Below are positions 37,788 to 56,767 of a stretch of 56,767 nucleotides of DNA, in pieces. Both the position numbers and the translations under genes were made by a program. Every line of letters begins with the position of its first letter. Position 1 is the stretch's first letter. The DNA is taken from assembly GCA_002633005.1 (NCBI GenBank), contig NMRA01000113.1, positions 635,792 to 692,558 of the forward strand. The letters run 5' to 3'. The stretch is from Phoronis australis. Its lineage: Eukaryota > Animalia > Phoronida. The notes under the pieces were generated by a model. The model did no database searches. It was not told the origin of the DNA and worked only from the letters and a program-made list of their open reading frames with translations.

Positions 37788-38466
37788 GTCGGACGGTCTG
37801 GGATATCGCAGGAGAGCCTATAATGTTTATTACCGGGGTTAATTAATGAACTCAACATTTCCCCCACGCTCTTGCTGTTTTATTTTTTTGGCAGCCAAGG
37901 GGGGGGGGGGGGCCCCCCCTAAATCCGCCTATGCAGTAACAACAAAAATCATGTTATGGTAGGTCACTCCCTTCACCACCTGACGGGATTGAAGGGGTAT
38001 CTTTTTCTAACGAGATTGCGGGTCCCGCGAGTCAAGATAAACCCCCAAATCAAGGACGTCCCGCCTAGGCTAGGCAGTAGCGTGAAGAACGGATGGGGGG
38101 CGCCGAGCGACAGCATCGGACATCCATATCGGATGGCACCCAAACAAGGACAAGGAGGCAACCGGAGGAGGTACTTGCATACGTGGGGTATACGGGATGT
38201 GCCGCCCGAAAGAATCACTTTTCCTGCCAGATTCTCTACGAAGGGTTCCTTTTTCGTTTGAATTTTCAAGGTCACCTTTTTCGTCTGAAGTCTAGGGAAG
38301 ACTCCAATATTTTGGATAAAACTCTACAAAAGGTAGCATTTTCATCACAAATCGGAAGGGTGTGATTTATTAGCGCTCCTGAGATTTATCACTTGAACAC
38401 AACAGGAGTAGTATTTGCGGCTTTCGGAGTGTGATCACTGGGATGCGATCTTTTCTCGTCCGGATT

Positions 38467-38665
38467 CATGCGCGCACCCAGGGGGGGGGGCTCGAGAGGC
38501 TCGAACAAGCTCCCCATCCCCATTTGGCGAAGTGGGCAAAAAGGTCCGACTTAGAGACACAAAAAGTCCGAGAAAACGAGACTGAAAAGGCACAGACGCA
38601 CAGTGAAGGTGGTCCGCATCACCAGAAATACGAGCCCCCCATATTAAAGGTTGGGTGCGCGCATG
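38467..38665. mobile_element. MITE with CATGCGCGCACCCA TIRs (second copy)
   Basis: 14-bp perfect TIRs, and the interior shares CCCCATTTGGC.AAGTG.GCAAAAAGGTCCG with the 31480 copy. Confidence 0.8.
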
Positions 38666-40789
38666 TAAACGTGAACTGTGCATCACTTTCCGTATGATTG
38701 ACCAGTGTCACTGGCAGGGTCGCAAAAGGTGACTTTCCAAGTAAATGGTGACGGCTTTTTCTGACCAATTTCTACGTAAGGGTGACTGGGTACTCCATGA
38801 AACCATGATGAATATTTAAAAAGCAAAACAATTCATTCTGTCCTGATTGTTGTTTTTGGTATTAACCAAATCGACTCAAGTAGCCGACGTCCAAGAAACT
38901 TCAGTGCCAATTTTATAAACAAATTTCTTCGTCCCCGGAGTAAAAATTACGTCCAGCCATAAAGTTCTGGAATATGTTACGCGGCGTTAGGCCTATCGGA
39001 ATATATTCCAGTTGACTATAGCCTCGCTCACTCAGTTTTTGCATGATAGTACGGATCTCAACAATTTCCAATATCCCTACGCGTTACAGGTCGAAACAAG
39101 GGCGGATTTATTTAATTACACATTGGATGAATGAGTGTCCCTCGAGTAAAGGGATGCGCACTAATGTCGAATATAACAAATAAATAGAGAGGTTGGCCGG
39201 AGGCGAAAGAGGTGGACTGAAAAATTCCGGCTTTCTCGATTTAAAGGACTACAACGAGGTCAGGTACTGGGAAGGGGGCCTCAGCAGGGTCCCTGCTTTT
39301 CTAAACCTGTCTCTGGGTTGATTGAAAGTAAACTACGGTAACGCGGGCGCGCAGTTATTGTGGAGGGGTTCTATAATTCGATTGAATCTCCCCGTGGCAA
39401 ACTCGGAGGCCTACATTCGGCACTTGCTCACAGGTCGTCACCTGTTTGCTTGTGAACTTCACAGTGTTTTACTTCTCAATGTTGCAATACTCATTTGTGG
39501 CCTGTGAGTCAAGGAATTTCACTCGGTATTGATGTCTGTTTTATTTGTGAGACTCCTGACATCGTTGAAAAATTGTCACTTTACTGTTGAAATAGTCATT
39601 TTTTCCACGGTTGTCAAAATTTAATGTTACACTGGCCAATGCGATTAGACAAGTAAACATACACGCAAAACTGCAGTTTGACCCGTGCAAGCAGATAATA
39701 ACCCCATTTGTAAGTATATCCAATAAATTTTATTAAGGTCCTGATGCTAAAAAACTCGGAAACAGCCTTTTTATGATTAGCCCGAGTGCACCCCGGCGTA
39801 CCAAAGTATAGTAGCCTACGCTGAGGATTATAGACCAATGTCAACACAACAACTGGCCTGCCAGTTTTAGATTTTTATCACCCAAACTTTGAAATTCGAT
39901 AGGAGACCACTGCACATCAAAAACGCAAAAACACTTTCCAACACGGAATTCGGAAACTTAGAGACACATGTCTTGTCTATTTTTGTGTAAATTATTTTTA
40001 ATCTGTTTATATTTTTTGATTAGTTTATTTTATCTCACACTAAACAAGTTAAAAGTTGTAACAAAGATATGTACGTGACTATAAAAGTTAAAATTGTATC
40101 TTCATCTAGTAGTTTCATCATAAATGTCTATATATATGTGTCCAGTTCATATTATGTCTCATTGCAGTCATTATTTATCGAGATGTAGATTTTTTACTAC
40201 ACGTACCTCACTGTACTTTCCTTACGATCCGGATTTTAACTTATGCTTCATGTATTTTTTTTGTGTTAGTCAACCTCCATTATTAGCTCCTGGTTATAGT
40301 TTAATGTATTTTGCTTTGTATAACCGTAAATTTGTGCGGTGCTGAAAATAGCAATAAAAGTTGGTTAACATTTACATTATTTTATTAACGTGTGATTTGG
40401 TTTGGTGTAGCGCAAATTCGTGAACATGACATGAACTTGCCAGTTCACTACGCGGCGATCTTCGGTAACGCAGAATTCAAAGTACAGCATCGCCCCCTTG
40501 TGACTGGAACTGCAAGCTCGCGTTCAGAATGCAAATCACTGACTTAGGCGTGACCTGAACTACCAGCAGATTTCGTTCATTGGAACTAAACCTGCTAACG
40601 GGGAACTGCTTCGCATTCGTCGAGCGAAGAACCGAGGAATTCAACCACTTTTGTTGTGGTGAGTGTTTAGTTAGATCCATTCAATAATTGGTGTGACAGC
40701 TTATCAAATCAAAACAGTACTAACAGTAGTCCTATCTGAGAGGTGCTAGTGACCTATATAGTCCGATTACCTCTCGTCGTCAGTCTTCT

Positions 40790-40923
40790 AAGGTCGTCCG
40801 CCATCTTGTTTCGCGTGCAGCGCAACCACGCGGGACTTAGCGTTCCAATTTGGAGTGCTCGCCTGCACGTTAGGTACTAACTTATCGGAAGAGACACGTA
40901 TCAAAGTAATGAGACAAAAATCG
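40790..40923 (+). promoter_or_regulatory. Probable copine promoter and non-coding first exon
   Basis: A CpG-rich stretch contains a YY1-like CGCCATCTTG (40799-40808) and a strong donor TCG|GTGAGT after 40923. The matching acceptor TTTTACAG ends at 42023. The TSS is not determined. Confidence 0.55.
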
Positions 40924-42047
40924 GTGAGTTTACCGATTGTTTTTTAAAACCACTTAAAAATCAGTAGATTTTACTAATACACTTTTTTGTGCGTTTTCAG
41001 AAGATGTTTTCGAATTTAAATTTTCTTCCGACGGGACACAAAACATGATCCAGGGTTTGTTTATGCAATGTATCTGTTTGTCCCAGGCACTAGTAGGATC
41101 TAGAAGGCCAAAGGAAAAATCCGCAGACAAATGCGATACGCTGGGTTCTTAACATTTTTGCCTCACGTTCACCATTAAACTGCATTGAAATGTTGTCCAA
41201 TTGGCTTTTATTGGAAACCACAGTGCAGAGCTCAACATCAAAACTTCAAATCGAGTTTATGTCAATAAAAACAGGCTGTTGCAATTTTCATTACTTCGTT
41301 GGCCTTTTTCTGCATGTTTCTCAGTTTTTACAAAAGGGGGCAGCATATGACGACCATAGGCGCCATTATAAAATGGCTGCCGAAAAACAGTGCACAGTTG
41401 AACAACTCGGCGTAAGTAAAAGAAAACGTTTGAATCAACGAATACTATATATTTGTGAGAGTTAAATCAAGTCCTATTCAGATCATAACTATGAAGTGGA
41501 ATAATTGGGTGAGTAAGACAACAAGCCGGTTTTATGCTTAGGCGGACGACTATAGGGCATCGGAGTATATAAATATTATTGTATCGTGATGAAACCATGA
41601 AATGTGAAGGAATAAATAAAAGATATCACTTATATGTACTCTCATGTACAATGTTTCCAAAGATGTGCTCCAATGTTCTAACTTTATCCTGGGTCCGCTG
41701 TTCAATTTTTTTATTTTCATATGTTCTTTTTGTTAGATGATTAGTGCAAACTGTGTAAGCCTACTGTAGTGTAGGGTCTATAGACTGCACTGACATTGGC
41801 TTCGACGGACAAATCCATGGATGAATTATTTATTTTGTTTTATGAAACAACAAATGAGGCGATGAGATGGTTTCAGTGTAAACCATATGTTTTCCAATGC
41901 TGATAAATGCCGCAAAGCCCTCATTCTTCGTATCAGTGCATGGAATATCTTTGTTTTAGGCTAACATGTTTAGCAAGTGAAATGTTTGATGTTTATATAC
42001 TATTGACGTTGTCGCTTTTACAGACATCTATGTGAGAGATCTAGTGA

Positions 42048-50952
<8,905 letters not shown>

Positions 50953-51261
50953 TTTGTCAAGTAATGAACTACTTCAAGAAAAAGACTATACTCGCTAGAA
51001 CAGGCTAACTAAATGGGTGATGAACTACTTCAAGAAAAAGAAATCCCCCGTGTAGCTAGAACAGGCCAACTCGTATCGTAAAAGACAATGCTTGCTTGAA
51101 AAGGTTAATGGTCATATAGAGGAGCCATCATGCACTGCAGCAATGCTAATGGTCAGTGTCATAGTTGGTTTGTGTTAACCACCAAAATGTTACAGTTATA
51201 TCACAAAGGTTCTAAGTGGCGACCACCGTGGGTTAACTGAGTCTAAACACAAATCACCCCC

Positions 51262-51988
51262 ATCGGAATGGAGGCAGATCTGTCCTCTCATTTTGGGTAT
51301 GGCTATAAGAAGGCACATCTCTCATTTCATTTGGGTAATGTCTATAAGAAGGTTAACTGATATCTCATTTGGGGTTTGACTATAAGAAGGCAGATCTGTC
51401 ATTTCATTTGGTGTTTGAATATCAGAAAGCAGACCTGACATCTCATTTGGAGTATGTCTATAAGACGGCAGACCTGTCATCTGATTTGGTGTTTGATTAT
51501 AAGAAGGCAGACCTGGCATCTCATTTGGGATAAGTCTATAAGAAGGCAGATCTGTCATCTCATTTGGTGCTTTGACTATCAGAAAGCAGACCTGACATCT
51601 CATTTGGGGTATGTCTATAAGAAGGCAGACCTGTCATCTCATTTGGTGTTTGACTATAAGAAGGCAGACCTGTCATCTCATTTGGTGTTTGACTATAAGA
51701 AGGCAGACCTGTCATCTCATTTGTGTTTGACTATAAGAAGGCAGACCTGGCATTTCATTTGGTGTTTGACTTTGAGAAGGCAGGTTTGGCTATAAGAAGG
51801 GAGATCAGTCATCTCATTTGGAGTTTGACTATCAAAAGGCATTATGTCACCTCATTCGAGCTTTGTCTATAGTAAGGCAAATCTGTCATCTCATTTGGGG
51901 TTTTACAATCGGAAAGCAGACCAGTCATCTGTTTCAGTGGTTGACAATTAGAAGGCATATCTGCCATCTCATCTGAAGTTTGGCTATA
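51262..51988. repeat. 39-bp minisatellite, ~18-19 copies
   Basis: Consensus GACTATAAGAAGGCAGACCTGTCATCTCATTTGGTGTTT, e.g. at 51652 and 51691. There are no spacers. Confidence 0.95.
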
Positions 51989-52013
51989 CAATACAGATGA
52001 GACGTCTGAGGAG

Positions 52014-52460
52014 TCATGACAGCGTTTTCCCGTTCAGTGACTTTACCAGATGAAGGGGTTTGTGAGCGTGTGATATCATCTAGCTTCTTTGTTAACTGCC
52101 AAGCACAGTCTTTTGTCTGTTATGACAACAAGCAGGCCAATTATCTACCTGGTTTATTACAGACCACGAGTGATTGCCGTCAAACCTAGAGTGCATTGGT
52201 ACATTCGGAAAGAATAGATTTTCGTAACTTCGGTTGCAGTTGAGTGGTTTTGGCGATTCAAAAACTAAACATTATTACCATTTGACGAGGATTTCAGAAA
52301 TGCTATTGGTTTATGTTCAAATATGTTATTTATAACTTAGCTTTTATTTTTAACAGCACTGCCCAGTCAGGGTAGATACGATCTTATTGAAGATTAGAGC
52401 AATTATCAAACAAATGAGAGCTGGCCCTCCTACCATAAATGCCAGAATGGAGTCAATCAG
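52014..52460 (-). repeat. Inverted copy of the 42346-42788 repeat
   Basis: See the 42346-42788 feature. Confidence 0.9.
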
Positions 52461-55400
52461 ATGTGTAAGATATTGGCTACAGGGGTAAACTTCCCAACTT
52501 GTTGTTGAGCTATAGAATCAAACAAGTTGAGAGCAACGGGGAAATTATGCCGGGAAAACACCATTATGGTATTCACATGTCCTATCATCCTTCCAATTGT
52601 ACAAGTGAATGCTAAATTGGTTGCTGTATGGCAGCTTTGTTTGATCCCAGTTTAGTCGTTCCTTCAAAAACAGTTAACTTTATGTATCTTTTGTAACCCA
52701 CAATCCCCATGTGGTTGAACTGAGACTTATGCTGTCAATCATGTGATATAAGAAAATGGTGCTTGATACAGAACTTTTGTATACTTTCGATTTTCATCTA
52801 TGTTAATGTTGATCATAAATACTAACTCACTGTTATGGTATTCTTTATTTGACACCCATGATATTTGCAACAATTCAGCACCCCCTGGGTTAATTATGCC
52901 TGCTCCAGTGTTGGGAGAGTACTATTACTCAATCCCAACTAACTGCATGACAATATGTCATCTAAAAGAAAGTGTTGGGCTAATGAGGTGGGCAAAAAAC
53001 TCCAAACATCAAGCTCATATGAAGAAAGTTGTCTTTCATGAAATTATTTCCTATAGATTAAAAATCACTAGTTCTGCATATGAATTCCTTTCACAATCCT
53101 TGTTTTCATGTTACTACTGAAACTTACAGTACTCATCTTGATGAGGTTGCAAAATACCTCATGACTGACACAGACCCTGCAAACAACAAATGTGAACACT
53201 AATTTCTAAAATTACTCTGTTTGAGAACAAATTCCACAACTACAAGACGTATTTTTATTCCTGGTAGGAACCTGCGGATTCATCGTTCCATGGCTATCAT
53301 TAGAGGGCGCTGCCACACAAAAAAGAATGAAAGTAAAAGCCCCTCTATATCTCAGTTGTACGGTGCTTTAGCTTCTTCTACTTAAAAATCTAAATTGGAA
53401 CTGTATAAGGTAAAAATATACTGCACCTTCCTGCACGTGTCATCGCACCATTTCAATTAGTTCACATGCTCTACTTTTCGAGGCTTCACTACTGACAACC
53501 CAGCGTGCCGGCTGGGAGTTTCCACACATGCTTGTAAGATTTCGGCTGAAAGTCTTCCTGCATGCTTAGCTTCCTATTGATTGGTGACTATCAAGATTCT
53601 TTACATTTTAGGCTTTTCCGTGAAGGCATTTTGATCTTCTCTCGTGATTGTGTCTGTCACTAAAACAATGCTTTGGAGGGACAAGTATGGGATCTCGATC
53701 ATTCAGGATTTGCATCACTTTCACAGTGGTTACAAAAATTCCAGTTTTTGGTCTTTGATTAAAATTATCAGGATTGGAGTACGGCCTGGTCTTATGACGC
53801 CAGAAAGTATTTTAGTCAAACGAAGTGAAAATAATTTCTGTCACCATGACCGTTGTACGTTGTTGGCGCGTCCGAGGAATTCTTTTGTCGTGGCCGGACC
53901 GAAAAGGGACAGGAGGAATTGTACGTGTCTAGTGAAGGCCAACTGACAACTCCAAAACTGGTCATGCATCCTAAAGTAGGACTGTTAGGATTATAATTTA
54001 ATTTTTGTTGGGTCATTACAAAAAGAACACTATTCATTTTGTAATGACCAAACAAAAAAGCTTTAATCACGTTTCAGTCCGAGTCACTATGCAGACCCGT
54101 CACCAGGGACACAATTTATGGGGTTGTCGGGGTGCGACCCCCTTGATTTGCGGTTTAGTTAGGCAAAGAAAGAAAATATTGGGTAAGAAAACGAAAGATT
54201 AAGCAAAGAATTTCATTCAAATCGGTAGTCTAAATTTGAGAGTTCTAAAACGGTTTCATGTGTAGTATCCCGGTTATAAATTTGTCTTACCCTTGAGTGC
54301 GGGTAATCAGTGTTGTCATTTTCCCCACAGGGAAATTTTTTCATGTGGTGTTGGTGCCGGATTTGCAACGTATCAGAACTAGCATATTCCACGGGCCAAG
54401 CGCTTCTTGGTCCCTCGCGCATTTTAGTGGCACCAATACCAGGAGCGGTATACTGATGTTTTTACGGCTATGAAAGCTCTGATCGCAGGAAATGCGAACC
54501 CCGATTTGGAAAGTTTGTGTTGGGGCCGAGCCATTTTCATTATCTGTAGACTAAGGTCAGGGTGCGGGACGATGTTTCAGGTGTCGCGCTGCACAAAAAC
54601 TTAATGTGCACACAAAAAAGCGGGCCGCTAATGCAGAGACTCGCCAAGGTGTCAAGCGTTCATTGATTTTTTTTGTCATTCTTAAATTTACAATTTGGGT
54701 TTTGTTAATATAAAGAGCGGCAAAGTCTGCAGAAATTTGCGCAACTAAAATGTATATTTTGACAAAGGTCAATGCTAGTAGCATTCCAACACTGAGCAAG
54801 CTAGCGTTGGCTAGTGGACACTGACGCAGTGTTTCATCAACCACCCAACTGGTTCCAAGCCAATTCTTGTCTAGTACGTGAAGAGAAACAGGTAGCTCAA
54901 GGCGCCTAATTTTCCAAGGTAGACCCTAGCTGTCTTCGTGCAAATCACAGCGATGCCTGAGGCTGTAAAGAGACTCATTTTTACGAAATAAACTATTGGT
55001 CGCAGTATAGGCCATTCGGAAGAACATAATATGATCTTTATTCAGTTGCGTCTTTCTCCCGTCATAGTGCGAAAATATCTCAGTTACGAGGTAATAGCCT
55101 ACAGTCATGTTGGCAGCCAACAATCAAGATCCATTTGATCGAAATGTCAACGTATTTTAACCCACAACTGTCGGGCGTTACGTGTTTTCATAACGTTGGA
55201 ATTGTCTGACTCAAGAAGCTACCTGTCTCGCATTGTGTCGAACGCTCAGTTTTCAAAACTTACAGCCCAGGGACAATGTTTTTTTTCGATCTTCGTTCTG
55301 GATGAAATTATTTCACTTTTTCGTGCGGAAAATTTTAAAAAATTCGAAATTCAGTTTTGAGAACTCTGCCGTGCTTGGTGTGTCCGGTATATTTTTTCGT

Positions 55401-56767
55401 GTTTTAAGCTATTTATTAAACTCACTGATATGTTCTTAATTTTTGGTGGTTTCGATTTTTACTTCAGTCGACCCAACTCCGACCACTTCCCAAACTGGCG
55501 CTTAGTAGGCTTGAAAACAACTAGAAAACGGGTCATCTCTTTTGATTTGTGGTTTGTGTTTCCCAATTTTTCATACTTCATGTTTGCCTATTTTCATGTT
55601 TCAGTTTCATGCTTTGCATTTATCTTATTTGTCGTGCTCATTGTTCAGTACCCCCGCCCTTCGTCACTCCGTGGCAAGGATAAAAAACGAGCTCAGAAAC
55701 AACTGACATGGGGCAGGCGAGGTTGAACAGTGTGTGGGCGCATGAAACTCAACGTGTTTCTTAAATGCAGGAAACCACTGGAATCCCTCCGGTCAGTCCG
55801 GGGTCAGGTGCTCTGGTTTATTTGAAATCTATGTAGAGATTGAATACACACTAACTCTGTTTGACGTGGCATTATGCCCTGCCATATTTCTCTACCGGCA
55901 ACTACTACCCTCTCTTTGTTTACATGTCTCAAGCTCTCTTATGTAATCTGTCTGACCCCTTGTCAGACTTAGAACTAGTGAAAGTTGAGTGGGGGAGAGT
56001 GGAATGGGGATGGCCCGGTGAGTAATAATGTGATTATTGGTCCAAGCTCGGACCTCTACGCTGTATTTTGTTGGCCTTCAGGTCCGAGTTGCCTATATTT
56101 ACCACGTGGGAAAAGTTTGAGCTTCCCACAACAACTTAAGAGATTGGAGTTACCCGTATCTCCCACTGCTTACTTGCAGCCTCATGACACTTGCTACTAG
56201 TGTTGCTCGCACCTAGCTTGCAAATGTCCAATGCCACAATGTTCAACGTCATTGGATGCTAATATTTTCAGGCCACGAGCACTGAAGTGATCTTGCCTGT
56301 GGTCTTGTGGTCCCGTTAATTTGTTCAAAGTTGCACTTACACTGTTGCCAATATTCGCAAATCAAAGAGAGGGACATCCCGATCTAAGCCATGGAAGGCA
56401 GAATGTGTATTGTCCGCTGCAACACCCAAAAATATCGCCGGACGGGCCGGGCTGGCGCTAACTGACAGGCCGTGAATAGTAAAAGTCGAGTCGTGCACAA
56501 AACCATAGGCTACGGCATTACGTAATTTCATCGTGATAGTAAAAAACAGGACATTCTAACGCTAGGGCGGACGTGGGAAAAAGCTTAAAAACAAAACGGT
56601 TCCGCCAAAAGCGGACAAAAAGGCTAAGTACCGGTAGTTCTATCGGATTTGGTTCGCCGCTCCGACATTGGCTCCAACAGTTCTGCGAGCAACCAACGAG
56701 ATAGCTCACTCGCTGCCGGGTTCCCTGCGTGCAGCTAGCTGGGGCGGTACATGACGGGGGGGGGGGG

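Noticed and set aside
39241-40790. Possible decayed TTAA-type TIR pair upstream of copine
   Set aside because: The match needs several mismatches and an indel, and the right-hand TTAA is absent.
51262-51988. CRISPR array
   Set aside because: Units are head-to-tail with no unique spacers, there are no cas genes, and the context is eukaryotic and intron-containing.
53200-56767. Short ORFs and CpG-richer sequence at the right end
   Set aside because: No protein motifs, exon chain or paired termini could be recognised; probably repeat-derived but unsupported.

Overview
AT-rich eukaryotic DNA, apparently from a bilaterian invertebrate (species not determinable), with spliceosomal introns and many transposon remnants. 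It contains (i) a complete copine gene on + (14 coding exons, 533 aa, C2A-C2B-VWA; 42063-50952) and (ii) two tandem paralogous genes on - encoding 83-aa and 80-aa membrane proteins of unknown function (12503-12754, 19519-19761) with a caveolin-like hairpin architecture, the best candidate for something undescribed. At the left end, (iii) a PIF1-type helicase exon has been hit by a 5'-truncated RTE/RTEX-like LINE (10-bp TSD) and by a Ty3/Gypsy element (5' LTR, tRNA-Ser PBS, gag; gag is not in the ORF track). There are also (iv) two oppositely oriented Helentron-type non-autonomous elements whose ~150-bp subrepeats each carry a CTCF-consensus-like motif, and (v) hAT, Kolobok-like and other MITEs, TE protein fossils, local duplications and a 39-bp minisatellite. 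All alignments and counts were done by eye; no database searches were run.
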